59,826 nt of DNA from Chloroflexota bacterium (GCA_025355955.1 JANXYP010000006.1:1-59826); one strand, 5' to 3'; positions 48,904-58,513 are shown, counted from the first letter of the stretch. Notes: generated by a model not told the origin, from the sequence alone. Program-made: numbers and translations.

Positions 48904-49514
48904 CCAAGCGGCAACTGGTTGGCGAGGTTGTGGTCGCCGAGTACACCACCTTCTGCGCCGAGAGCTTCAAGCTGCACCAGGCTCCGCCGCTTGGCGGGCT
49001 GGTAATCGCTGACAACGTGGTGGGACTGGTTTACTCGGCCCGCACCGAGGGGCTGGGGCCGATCATTCGCAAGGGCAAGGAGGACAACGCCGATGGCGAA
49101 GTCTACAACCTGCATCCCGAACTGGAGCGCACCCTGCGTACCCAGTTCACCGCCCTATGTGTCGGCTACTACGCGGGCAAGGATGGCTACAAGCATATCT
49201 ACCCGGAGCGCCCGCCACGGGTTCACTACCAGTGTCACCTGCTGGACGATGCCGCCCTCTGCCAGTTCACCGAACGGCCCGATTACCTACGGGCGTTGCT
49301 CAACGCCAGCGAACCGGCAGTAGATCAGGCGCTAATCCACCTGCTCTACCGTGCCTACACCATGCGCGAAGCGGCCCCCACCCGCCGCGCCCACCTGCTG
49401 GCCGCCACCACCTTCCTCAGCCGCTTGCTCAAGGGGCAGTATGACCGCCTGCTCGCCATCCTCGAAACCCTCGAAGGAATGCTGGGCGAAGACTATGCAT
49501 CGGCTGGTGAGTAG
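48900..49514 (+). CDS. HAS-barrel domain protein (HerA-associated)
   Basis: VGEVV......F.AES.KLHQAPPLGGLV, P.RPPRVH; overlaps the nurA stop. Confidence 0.7.
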   Translation: MTKRQLVGEVVVAEYTTFCAESFKLHQAPPLGGLVIADNVVGLVYSARTEGLGPIIRKGKEDNADGEVYNLHPELERTLRTQFTALCVGYYAGKDGYKHIYPERPPRVHYQCHLLDDAALCQFTERPDYLRALLNASEPAVDQALIHLLYRAYTMREAAPTRRAHLLAATTFLSRLLKGQYDRLLAILETLEGMLGEDYASAGE

Positions 49515-49556
49515 TAAAAGATAAATTGGCTCAACCCTTCGGTGGAGATAGATATA

Positions 49557-52500
49557 ATGGCTGAACTAGACGCAGCACTGTTCGAGTTTGCTCCCAGCGC
49601 GATGCTGTACTTTGACGCTGACCTGTGCCTGCAACGTATTAATCGCCAGGCCCAACTCTGGTGGCAGCTTTCCCCCGCTGCGGGGCTGAACCAGCCGCTG
49701 AGTTCACTTGCACTTACCGGCATAGACGAGCAGCGGCTGCGGGAGGCGATCAGCGGGCTGGCGGGCAACGGGCTAGCTACGCTTGAGAATGGTGAACGCT
49801 ACCTCGATATTATCTATACCCCCATCCCTGAGCAGGCAGGTGGTCACAGCGTGCTGGTATCAGCCACCGATGTTAGTGAGCAGTACGCACTTGAGCGGGA
49901 GCTAAAGCGTAGAGGCGATGAGCTGCAAGCCGTCCTGGATAATCTTGGTGAAGGCGTACTCCTGGCCGACACCCACGGCAATCAGCTCTATCTTAACGAA
50001 GCTGGGCGTACCATGCTTGGCATGGTGGCAGGGACGGAACTGCCCAACCTGGAGAGCTATAAACGGCCCAGCGTGCATGACCTCTCCGGCAACGAGATGC
50101 CGATTAATGAATACCCGATTAGCCGTGCGTTGCGCGGCGAACGCTTCACCGATGCAGAACTCTACTTCAGTGGGCAGGATGGCATTGCCCGGCGGCTCTC
50201 CTCGAGCGGCTCATCGCTCAAGGATGAAGAGGGCCGAGTGCGGTTGGGTATCTCAGTCTTCCACGATGTCAGTAAATTGCACGATCTAGAGATGCGCCTC
50301 AAAGAAAGCCGTGATGAACTTCTCGCTGTCCTCGACAATATGACCGATACTGTCTCGCTAGTGGAGGCAAACGGGCAGATCCGTTACATCAACCCTGCCG
50401 CACGCAAACTGGTGGCACTAGCTCCCGATCAGCCGCTGGGTAGCCTTTCGCCTGCGGATACGGCAACGCCAAACGATAGCGGGAACGGCTTTGCAGCAGC
50501 TCGTGAACTAACCCACAGGGCGCTAAGTGGTGAAATATTCACCGATGCCGAAATCACCATGCGCGCCGCTGACACTACCCAGCACATTTTCAGCGTCAGC
50601 GGCAGTAGCGTGCGCGACGATGCAGGCCGGGTGCGCCTGGGTATCACCGTTGGTCGTGATATGACCGCGCAGCGCAATCTGGAGCAAGAACTTAAGAACA
50701 AAAACGACGAGCTACAGGCAGTGCTGGACTATATGCCCGACTCGGTGGTTCTATTCGAGTCCGATGGTCGCATCCGCTATCGTAATCGCGCCAGCCAAAA
50801 CTTCCTCGGTCAGAGGCTGTCTGAGGATGTGAACCAGATTGAAGATTATGGCCAGCGCATCGATGTGCGCGATGGGGACGGGCAGCCACTTTCGGTCGCT
50901 GATTACCCGATCAGCCACGTGCTGGAGAGTGCCGAGGCTGCCGAAGGTGAGATGACAATCACCTTTCCCGACGGCACCTGGAAGAGCCTGCGCCAGGCCG
51001 CCGCCCGGGTGCGCGATCAGGCAGGCAATTTGCGTCTGGTCGTTTCCATCGTGCAAGATATTACCAACCAGGTGCGGCTGACAAATAGCCTGCGCGAGAG
51101 CCGCGACGAGTTGCAGGCTGTTCTCGACAACATGACTGAGGGAGTATTGCTGTTTGAAGCGAACGGACAGGTGCGGTACCGTAATGCGGCCCAACTGCGG
51201 CTGATGGGGATGACTTCGGCATCCGCGCTCGCGGTTCCTGGACAGATACTCAATATTCGCCGAGCCGACGGTAGCCCAGTAGTGCCTGGGGAGTTTCCAT
51301 TGGAACGTATTCTCAAAGGCGAGGTGTTTAGCACGGTCGAGTATCTATTCACCAGTCTGGGCGGGGAACAGATCGTAGTCGCTTGCAGCGGTTCGAGCGT
51401 GCTGCGCTCTGATGGCAGCATCGGCCTCGGCATCTTCGTAATGCATGACATCAGCAAACTTCGTGAAGCTGAACAGCAAGTCGTCACCCTGTTGCAGGAG
51501 GCGGAGCAGGAGCGTAACCGGCTCGATAGTGTTATTGAGCAGATGCCTGAAGGGGTAATTATTATTGCCGCACCGAATGACCGGCTGGTGCGGATGAACC
51601 GGGTGGCATCAGAGATTTACGGTCTTGATGCCGACCTCCTGCCACGTATCAACCCCACTAATCTTACTCATTACGAAACCTTCAGTCCCGAAGGGGAAGC
51701 GCTACCCCCCGCGGCAAGGCCGCTGCAGCGTGCAATGAGCGGTGAAGTAGTAAAGGCGGCACAGCTACGAGTGCGCCGTGCGGACCAGAAGGAGGTGGAC
51801 CTGCTGGTTAGCGCTGCTCCCATTATCGAGGGGAGTGGGGAAAATGAGCGCATCAGCGGGGCCGTCAGTGTCTTCCAGGACATCAGCGAACTCAAGGAAC
51901 TCGATCGGATAAAGGATGAGTTCATCTCGATCACCTCCCACGAGCTACGCACGCCGCTAACCAGCATTAAAGGTTATGCTGAAGTCATGAGCCGCAGGCT
52001 CCAGCGGATGGATGACAACGTAAGGACTACACTACAGAAGCCACTCAATACCATCATTGAGCGTACTGAGCGGATGACCCAGTTGGTCAATGATCTGCTC
52101 GATGTTTCCAACATCGCCACGGGCCGTCTTGAGGTAGTGGGCAGTAGCCTCGATCTATCCTCCATCATCACGAAGCTGGTAGCCGAGGCACGGCTGACCA
52201 GTCAACGCACCTTCCACCTGGCGCTGTCGAATGGGCCAGTTATAGTGCTTGGCGAAGAGCGTCTTATCGAGCAGGTGCTGACTAATCTAATCGGCAACGC
52301 GGTTAAGTACAGCCCGGCTGAAGGAATCATCACGATAAGGTTGACCAAGGAGACACGCCACGCCGAGGTAAGCGTTACCGATCAAGGTATCGGCATTGGT
52401 AATGAGCAGCAGACGCATCTTTTTGAGCGTTTCTATCGAACTAAACAGGCAAAAGACCATGCGTCAGGGCTGGGATTGGGCTTGTACATCGCTAGCTCAA

Positions 52501-52601
52501 TCGTCACGGCGCATGGGGGACGTTTGTGGGTAGAGAGCGAAGGCGCGGGTAAAGGCTCGACCTTCATCTTTACCGTGCCACTGGCCGAGCAGCAATCTTG
52601 A
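49557..52601 (+). CDS. Cytoplasmic multi-PAS sensor histidine kinase
   Basis: About six PAS units (DELQAVLDN repeats), HisKA SHELRTPLT, N box NLIGNAVKY, DQGIG, GLGLGL; no TM. Confidence 0.92.
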   Translation: MAELDAALFEFAPSAMLYFDADLCLQRINRQAQLWWQLSPAAGLNQPLSSLALTGIDEQRLREAISGLAGNGLATLENGERYLDIIYTPIPEQAGGHSVLVSATDVSEQYALERELKRRGDELQAVLDNLGEGVLLADTHGNQLYLNEAGRTMLGMVAGTELPNLESYKRPSVHDLSGNEMPINEYPISRALRGERFTDAELYFSGQDGIARRLSSSGSSLKDEEGRVRLGISVFHDVSKLHDLEMRLKESRDELLAVLDNMTDTVSLVEANGQIRYINPAARKLVALAPDQPLGSLSPADTATPNDSGNGFAAARELTHRALSGEIFTDAEITMRAADTTQHIFSVSGSSVRDDAGRVRLGITVGRDMTAQRNLEQELKNKNDELQAVLDYMPDSVVLFESDGRIRYRNRASQNFLGQRLSEDVNQIEDYGQRIDVRDGDGQPLSVADYPISHVLESAEAAEGEMTITFPDGTWKSLRQAAARVRDQAGNLRLVVSIVQDITNQVRLTNSLRESRDELQAVLDNMTEGVLLFEANGQVRYRNAAQLRLMGMTSASALAVPGQILNIRRADGSPVVPGEFPLERILKGEVFSTVEYLFTSLGGEQIVVACSGSSVLRSDGSIGLGIFVMHDISKLREAEQQVVTLLQEAEQERNRLDSVIEQMPEGVIIIAAPNDRLVRMNRVASEIYGLDADLLPRINPTNLTHYETFSPEGEALPPAARPLQRAMSGEVVKAAQLRVRRADQKEVDLLVSAAPIIEGSGENERISGAVSVFQDISELKELDRIKDEFISITSHELRTPLTSIKGYAEVMSRRLQRMDDNVRTTLQKPLNTIIERTERMTQLVNDLLDVSNIATGRLEVVGSSLDLSSIITKLVAEARLTSQRTFHLALSNGPVIVLGEERLIEQVLTNLIGNAVKYSPAEGIITIRLTKETRHAEVSVTDQGIGIGNEQQTHLFERFYRTKQAKDHASGLGLGLYIASSIVTAHGGRLWVESEGAGKGSTFIFTVPLAEQQS

Positions 52602-52707
52602 TGGCAGGGACAAAAGCAGGCATGAGCTATGTTAGTGCGGGGCAAGCAAAAGGAGCGTACATCAGTACGCCCCTAAGCCCGGCAAAGTAACTTTGCTTGA
52701 TTATCGC

Positions 52708-52899
52708 TTAAATCTTGAAGTTGTCCTTGTTGTAGTAGTCGGTACCCCACTTGCCGCTGGCCTTCATTACCTTGACCACTAGCAACTTACGCTGAGGGAT
52801 CGGCTTGCCGTCTACCTTGCAGACGTGACCGCTATCGGCCTCGTCAATCTTGCCGGTAGGCACTGTCTTCGACAGCTTAACGTCTTTCTTACCAGCCAT
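52708..52899 (-). CDS. Small basic hypothetical protein (63 aa)
   Basis: RBS AAAGGAAG, Lys-rich, hairpin downstream at 52651-52674. Confidence 0.65.
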   Translation of the reverse strand: MAGKKDVKLSKTVPTGKIDEADSGHVCKVDGKPIPQRKLLVVKVMKASGKWGTDYYNKDNFKI

Positions 52900-53052
52900 C
52901 GCTTTCTTCCTTTCTGAATAACCTGCCGCGTGCGCTACATATAGTTGCGGCATTACGGCTTGCTTACGTGTTATAATAGTGCCTGCAAGGATGCTGACAC
53001 GTACGGTATTATACCAGTTTTTTCCAAGCGGCGCAAGTTTTAACTAGAGGAG

Positions 53053-54669
53053 ATGTTTATGCCCATCAATGAACAGCAGATTATCGGCCAGGTCACTGCT
53101 GCCGATAGCGAACGCGGTGTCACCGTCCATCTCGACCCCCAAATCAGTGTGGAGGGTCTATCGCAGGGCCAGTTCGTGGTTGTCGATGGCCGCAGCGGTA
53201 AGTTCTACGGTACGATTAGCGGCTTCAAGCTGGGAATCACCGACGCGGGCATTGCCATGAACCCACCCGCCACGACTTCCTCGCTGGTGCGCGACACGCT
53301 GCTACGCACCGCCGCTTACGCTGATTGCACCGTGCAGTTGTCGCTGGCCGAACCCCACGACGGCGGTAGCGCCCCTATGCCCGCCCGCACTATCCCCAGC
53401 CACTTCAGCAGCGTGGCAATCGCCAAAGAGGACGACTTCACCTCGGTGTTCGGCAACAAGGATGGCGGCGGCTACTTCGTGATCGGCAGCCCCCGCGATA
53501 TGCCCGGCCTGCCCATCCCCATCGACCTGAAGAAGTTCGTGGAGCGCAGCAATGGTATTTTCGGGCGCAGCGGCACCGGCAAGAGTATGTTTACCCGCCT
53601 ACTGCTCTGCGGCGTGATTGATGCGGACTCCTGCGTCAACCTGATCTTCGATATGCACAACGAGTACGCCTTGAGCAAGGACACCGAGCAGCCGGGCCAG
53701 TCGGTCAAAGGGCTGGAGGAGCTGTTTGGCAGTTCCCGCGTGTTGGTCTGTACCCTCGACCCCTCCTCGCCGCGCTATCGTCAGTTCAAGCCGACCTCAG
53801 TGTTCATCCCCTTCAGCTACCTGACCATGGATGACCTGCTTACCGTGCGCGACGAACTGGACCTGAACGATTCGGCGACCAGTACCGCCTATCTGCTGGA
53901 GGAGCATTGGCACGACGGCTGGATTGGTCAACTGATAAGTATGGAGAGCGGTGCGCTGAAGGATGCGGCCAGCGACGTAGGCGCGAACGAGGCATCGCTA
54001 AAGGCGCTGTGGCGCAAGCTGCGCCAGTTGAAGCGTTTCAACTTTCTGAGCGATAGCGACCACGACTCCAGCATCAGCAGGTTGCTGACCGAGCTGCAGA
54101 ACGGGCGTAACGTGGTGCTGGAGTTTGGCGGCTACGATACGAACCTCGCCTATATGCTGGTTGCCAACGTGATTACCCGCCGCATCTACAAGGGCTGGAA
54201 GGATCAATACGAAAAGTTCGAGCGCAGCCGAAGCGAGGGTGACCGCCCCCGCCAGCTGATGGTGACAATCGAAGAGGCGCACAAGTTCCTCTCCGGCAAG
54301 AGTGGCATCTTCAGCATCATCGCCCGCGAGATGCGTAAGTATTACGTTACCCTGCTGGTGATCGATCAAAGGCCCAGCAGCATCGACCCCGACGTAATCA
54401 GCCAGCTAGGCACGCGCATTACTGCGCTGCTCTCCGACCAGCAGGATATTGATGCGGTGTTCACCGGCGTATATGGCAGCAGCCACTTCAAGCAGATCCT
54501 CGCCACATTGGACACGCGGCAGGAGGCGCTTATCTTCGGCCACGCGCTACCGATGCAGGTGGTTATCCGCGCTCGCGACTTTAATGATGAGTTCTGCAAC
54601 TCACTGAAGAATGTGGTATGGAAGCGGCGGCACGATCCAGTTCAGGATAAGAATGAGTTGAACTTCTAG
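53053..54669 (+). CDS. herA: HerA-family ATPase (HAS barrel + DUF87)
   Basis: GIFGRSGTGKS, FDMHNEY, IEEAHKF, IAREMRKY, IDQRPS. Confidence 0.88.
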   Translation: MFMPINEQQIIGQVTAADSERGVTVHLDPQISVEGLSQGQFVVVDGRSGKFYGTISGFKLGITDAGIAMNPPATTSSLVRDTLLRTAAYADCTVQLSLAEPHDGGSAPMPARTIPSHFSSVAIAKEDDFTSVFGNKDGGGYFVIGSPRDMPGLPIPIDLKKFVERSNGIFGRSGTGKSMFTRLLLCGVIDADSCVNLIFDMHNEYALSKDTEQPGQSVKGLEELFGSSRVLVCTLDPSSPRYRQFKPTSVFIPFSYLTMDDLLTVRDELDLNDSATSTAYLLEEHWHDGWIGQLISMESGALKDAASDVGANEASLKALWRKLRQLKRFNFLSDSDHDSSISRLLTELQNGRNVVLEFGGYDTNLAYMLVANVITRRIYKGWKDQYEKFERSRSEGDRPRQLMVTIEEAHKFLSGKSGIFSIIAREMRKYYVTLLVIDQRPSSIDPDVISQLGTRITALLSDQQDIDAVFTGVYGSSHFKQILATLDTRQEALIFGHALPMQVVIRARDFNDEFCNSLKNVVWKRRHDPVQDKNELNF

Positions 54670-54699
54670 CTAAACGCCGCTAATCTCCAATCCCTATAT

Positions 54700-55293
54700 C
54701 TATGCGCTGGCGGTGCGACTGCGCTGCACCAGGATGAAGCTGGACGCAATTGCCAGGATGATCACGACACCGAGTACGCCCAGCATGATGTAGGTGCTGG
54801 TGTAGTCAGTGGTGGCGCACGGCTTATCGGGATCGCAACCGGCAGCCGCGGCAGCACCAGTGTTTCCCGCTGAGGCGACAGCGGTATGGTCGACGGTGAA
54901 GTCGAATTGATCATCCAGCGCAGTGCCTGATGCTTTGGCGACGCTGTGCCACTTGACGAAGTAGACCCCGTCGCCCAATCCACTCTTCAACGTTGCATTT
55001 ATAGTATCCGGGTTAGCGGAGTCGACCTTGCCGTCACCGTTATCCGCAGGAGTCTGTGCGGCATTGCGATCCTTGGCAAAGAACACCTGCATCGTCGTCT
55101 TGGCTGCGTCGGTATCCTCGGAGAACGTGACTGATACCTTGGCCGGTTCGTTCTTGATCACCGCGCCGTCGCCAGGGTTGGAACTCTGCAGCTTGGCCTG
55201 CGCGAAAGCCGAAGGCGCGACAAGAATCGCGACAATTGCAATAGCGAAGAACGGTGCCACAATGCGAACGCCGGTCTGTTTTAGCACTTTCAT
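54700..55293 (-). CDS. CopC-fold membrane-anchored protein lacking canonical Cu ligands
   Basis: Signal peptide, A.L.SSNPGDGAV...P..V.V.FSE, G.Y.VKW, C-terminal TM. Confidence 0.72.
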   Translation of the reverse strand: MKVLKQTGVRIVAPFFAIAIVAILVAPSAFAQAKLQSSNPGDGAVIKNEPAKVSVTFSEDTDAAKTTMQVFFAKDRNAAQTPADNGDGKVDSANPDTINATLKSGLGDGVYFVKWHSVAKASGTALDDQFDFTVDHTAVASAGNTGAAAAAGCDPDKPCATTDYTSTYIMLGVLGVVIILAIASSFILVQRSRTASA

Positions 55294-55413
55294 TCCTCTG
55301 AACTTCCTTTCGTAATTACTGCCATAGTATAAGGACACCCATCCACGAGTGTCCTCTTTCCTCCTCTTAAGAGTAGACCTGGGCAGCTTGCATCGAACGG
55401 TGCAAGCTGCTGC

Positions 55414-55725
55414 CTACCTCTGCCCGCCCTTCGGCGTGGAGCGCTGCTGCACCAGGGCGACACTGCACACGACCGCCAGAATCACCACGACCGCGAGTAC
55501 CCCCAGCATGGTATAGGTACTGATGTCGTTGCGTGTGCTGATGTCTTGCAGGTTAGTAGCAATGTTCCTGCTGTTGTCGCTCGCGTTACTGGTGGTTACG
55601 CTCGCAGTCGCGGTGGGGTCAACAGGGGAGGCCCAGGCGGGGGACGCTAGCAGCATGATAACTAGCGCCATTGCCCCCAGAAGTAGACTGAGCCGGGCGC
55701 AGTGGCGCTTTAGCTGCTGCATCAC
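55414..55725 (-). CDS. Small secreted/anchored protein sharing its C-terminal TM with the CopC-like neighbour
   Basis: Signal peptide (PAWA), S/T/N-rich stretch, STYTMLGVL..VILA..LVQQRS. Confidence 0.6.
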   Translation of the reverse strand: MMQQLKRHCARLSLLLGAMALVIMLLASPAWASPVDPTATASVTTSNASDNSRNIATNLQDISTRNDISTYTMLGVLAVVVILAVVCSVALVQQRSTPKGGQR

Positions 55726-55727
55726 CT

Positions 55728-56039
55728 TTAGCTAACCCTCTGGCTCGACTTCCCAGGCTGCGTCAGCATCGCCAGCAGTGGCTTCCAGACCAGATGATAG
55801 CCCAGCTGCGTGCCGAGGAAGAGGGTCGAGCTATCAATCAATACAGCAGTCGCTCCAGCCTGGAAGCCGAAGGCTAGCTCACCCATCACCATGGCGGTAG
55901 AAACACCCAGCACCAGCGACGGGACACAGACGTAAAGGAACTTGCGCTGGCCCGACCACAACTTATTAATGACTAGCATGAACAACGGGGGCAGGAAGCC
56001 ACCGATGAAGAACGGCACGAACTCACGTAGCAGATCCAT
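55728..56039 (-). CDS. Small 3-TM hypothetical protein
   Basis: RBS AAGG; first gene of a three-gene unit. Confidence 0.65.
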   Translation of the reverse strand: MDLLREFVPFFIGGFLPPLFMLVINKLWSGQRKFLYVCVPSLVLGVSTAMVMGELAFGFQAGATAVLIDSSTLFLGTQLGYHLVWKPLLAMLTQPGKSSQRVS

Positions 56040-56128
56040 ATCGACCGACCGCCTTTCTCTTCCTCTAACTGAGGACTAGGGGATACACTGGACGAACCAT
56101 CAAACCACATTGCTTGCTGGTTAAACCC

Positions 56129-56157
56129 ATTGTACGTCAACCGCGCCCGTTTGTCAA
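56129..56157 (-). promoter_or_regulatory. Sigma-70 promoter
   Basis: Minus strand TTGACA-N17-TACAAT. Confidence 0.6.
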
Positions 56158-56284
56158 TAGCTAAGGGAGATTATAACAAAATTGCTACGATTCTAATTAT
56201 ACTTCTACTTGAGGAATGTTTATTACAGAATTAGAAGTTTCCACTGATTATCAAAGTAAGTTCTTTCCCACCTAGTAATATTGC

Positions 56285-56600
56285 TCAAAGCCATAACTTA
56301 CTAGCGATACGCTTGCGCTTATCTTCCCTGCCCCACTCCGCACGCTTGCCGATCGGCCTGACCAGTTGTTCGCTGCTGTAGGCGACCTCGAAGCGGTTAC
56401 GCTCCGGGTCGCGCTGGGCCTCGCTGCCCGGTAGGGCGCGGCAGTAGATAAGTTGCGCCCCTGCCTGCACCGCATCGCTAAGGCGACGGCGGGTTAGTAG
56501 AGGGGCGGATACCGCACTTGCGCCGGAGGGGCAAGGTGCTGGTGTTGTATAGCCCCGCGCTGGTCTCGCGGCTGACCACCCGTCGCGGAGCAACCCTCTT
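56285..56600 (-). pseudogene. Frameshifted GNAT acetyltransferase C-terminal remnant
   Basis: AGLYNTSTLPLRRKCGI in one frame continues as LLTRRRLSDAVQAGAQLIYCRALPGSEAQRD.ERNRFEVAY in another. Confidence 0.45.
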
Positions 56601-56720
56601 GATAAGGCGCGGCTTACCAGGCGCTCTAGTTCACCCCACAACTGGTAAGCCACTCGCGTATTTCGTTGCCTCTGCCCCCTTGCATTTTTCGCGTTGTTGT
56701 GGTAAAATTGCAAATGCAAC

Positions 56721-56792
56721 GGGGGCGTAGCTCAGCGGGAGAGCATCACACTGGCAGTGTGGGGGTCAAGGGTTCAAATCCCTTCGTCTCCA
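56721..56792 (+). tRNA. tRNA-Ala(GGC)
   Basis: Acceptor GGGGGCG/CGTCTCC with G3:U70, anticodon loop CT-GGC-AG, GGTTCAAATCC; CCA not encoded. Confidence 0.95.
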
Positions 56793-56863
56793 CCCGTTTT
56801 TAATATAACTTACAAGTATGCTGACAGCAAGTTGCGTGCTTGCTTATTCAACATTATAAATCA

Positions 56864-57155
56864 AGGCGTTGAACAGGAGTAGTAAGCCATCTTCCCAACC
56901 CAGAGAGTTGCCGGTCGGTGCGAGGCAGCAGCGGGAAGTCCGCCATTAGGCGTAGAAGGCTGAACTCGCCTGGGAGCCGCAGCGGTGAAATCAAGTAACC
57001 GCGCCGGGTTTGCGCCCGTTATCGCGCACTTGAGCGGATGGTCGTCGCTCTGCAATCGCAGAGGGCGGACGACATCAACCAGGGTGGTACCGACGGAAGG
57101 AACAACCTTTCGCCCCTGACTTTGTGTAGTCAGGCGGGCGAAGGGTTTTTATTTT
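56864..57155 (+). promoter_or_regulatory. Leucine T-box riboswitch (transcription attenuator)
   Basis: GCGTTGAACAGGAGTAGTA, AGAGAG/GGTG distal loops, GAA-CTC specifier (56965-56967, Leu), AGGGTGGTACCG at 57081, terminator with U run at 57106-57155. Confidence 0.9.
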
Positions 57156-57250
57156 GCCCTTTTAGAAGCAACTTTCGGCCCCCGACTGCGTACCATAATA
57201 TAGCGGTTAATCTGAACTACAGGTATGTGTTAAGCGAAAGGAGCAAAACC

Positions 57251-57556
57251 ATGAATCAGCAACCAGATTGGCAACCTCAGCAGGCCCAGCAGACGAGTGC
57301 CTGCCCCAAGTGCGGCGGCGTGATGATTGAGGCCCAAGTGCCATGGTACGGCGATGCCTCTGCACACCTGGTATCGGCGAATAATAACAGTCTTTTCTCG
57401 GGCCTGCGTTGGTCGGGCCTGTCGGCGCTGGTCTGCCGCAACTGCGGTTTCGTCGAGTTCTACGCCCAGAAGCCGAGGGAGATTGACTCAGGAGCAACCG
57501 CATTGAAACACAATGCCGCGCCCTGGACTAACTTGAGTGAGGATGTAGCAAAATGA
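57251..57556 (+). CDS. Small Zn-ribbon protein 1 (DUF2082/PF09855-like)
   Basis: RBS AAGGAG; CPKCGG...ALVCRNCGFVEFYA. Confidence 0.8.
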   Translation: MNQQPDWQPQQAQQTSACPKCGGVMIEAQVPWYGDASAHLVSANNNSLFSGLRWSGLSALVCRNCGFVEFYAQKPREIDSGATALKHNAAPWTNLSEDVAK

Positions 57557-57801
57557 GTGACCAACCGAAGGATGACCCGCAGACGATTGCCTGTCCCAAA
57601 TGCAGTGACTATATGATAGAGCGCAACTTTATGCCTGGCACCTTCGGGATATTCACCCGCGCTGATGTGCGTGTGCCGCTACCCTTCACCCCCACCTCGG
57701 ATGCGATAGCGCTGGTCTGCGACAACTGCGGTTACGCCGAGATCTACGCCACCAACCCGGAGAAGCTGCGCGAGTTAGCCAAGCCGCTAGCGGATTCGTA
57801 A
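57553..57801 (+). CDS. Small Zn-ribbon protein 2
   Basis: CPKC...[17 protein letters not shown]. Confidence 0.8.
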   Translation: MSDQPKDDPQTIACPKCSDYMIERNFMPGTFGIFTRADVRVPLPFTPTSDAIALVCDNCGYAEIYATNPEKLRELAKPLADS

Positions 57802-57960
57802 AAGCGGATAAACGGATTGGGCCAACGGATTGTAAAAGCGGATAAACGGATTGGGCCAGGGCTAGTGTAGGGGCGCATGGCATATGCCCCGGTGAAGCGC
57901 ATCAAGGCTCATCGCAGCTACTAATGCTGCACCCTCTTCATCCGTTTATCCGCTTGCCCG
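57792..57960. repeat. Duplicated GTAAAAGCGGATAAACGGATTGGGCCA with an inverted partial copy and a REP variant
   Basis: Direct copies at ~57798 and ~57832; ATCCGTTTATCCGCTT at ~57940; GTAGGGGCGCATGGCATATGCCCC at ~57867. Confidence 0.7.
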
Positions 57961-58005
57961 CTGACCACGTCTGCTGGCTAGACCAGCACCGAAGGAGAAG
58001 ACAAG

Positions 58006-58245
58006 GTGAACGAGCAACCGAAGAACGACCCCCAGCCCCAAACCTGCCCTAAGTGCGGCGGCAACTGGCTTGATTGCACCACCTTTCCTGGTAGCTCAAA
58101 CAGCGGCTACTTTCGTCTCTTTCCTGCCGATGGGAGCTTTCTCAGCTTTTGGCGCTCGTCTAACGCCAAGGCACTAGTATGCGAACAATGTGGCTATACC
58201 GAGCTGTATGCTTCAAACCCTAAGGCACTGAAGCCGAAGCGTTAG
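58006..58245 (+). CDS. Small Zn-ribbon protein 3
   Basis: RBS AAGGAG; CPKCGG...ALVCEQCGYTELYASNP. Confidence 0.8.
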   Translation: MNEQPKNDPQPQTCPKCGGNWLDCTTFPGSSNSGYFRLFPADGSFLSFWRSSNAKALVCEQCGYTELYASNPKALKPKR

Positions 58246-58288
58246 CGCTAATCTGCCAGCAATCAACCAGAAAGGAGGGCCATTCGCC

Positions 58289-58513
58289 ATGCAAGAGCAA
58301 CCAAAGGATGAGCCGAACGCTCAGGCTCAGACCTGCCCCAAGTGCGGCGGCAATATGCTTAGGAGAAGTATCTCATCAACAGGTGGCGTTTATTTCATGA
58401 GGTATCTATCAACGGTATTCACCACTCATATAAGTGCCTCTGTAGCCCTAGTCTGCGACAATTGTGGCTATGCCGAGATTTACGCCACCAACCCGGAGAA
58501 ACTTCGAGATTGA
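58289..58513 (+). CDS. Small Zn-ribbon protein 4
   Basis: RBS AAGGAGG; CPKCGG...[17 protein letters not shown]. Confidence 0.8.
   Translation: MQEQPKDEPNAQAQTCPKCGGNMLRRSISSTGGVYFMRYLSTVFTTHISASVALVCDNCGYAEIYATNPEKLRD

Noticed and set aside
47686-54669. HerA as part of an anti-phage system (Sir2-HerA, Nezha)
   Set aside because: No Sir2 or DUF4297 partner; the NurA + HAS context fits housekeeping end resection.
56721-56830. tRNA-Ala as an integration site
   Set aside because: No integrase and no duplicated tRNA 3' end in the window.
57038-57250. N-terminal extension of ORF 57038..57556
   Set aside because: Overlaps the T-box antiterminator and terminator; the RBS and paralogs support a start at 57251.
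57251-58513. Diversity-generating retroelement acting on the Zn-ribbon genes
   Set aside because: No reverse transcriptase or template repeat in the window, and the loops differ in length and at all bases rather than only at adenines.
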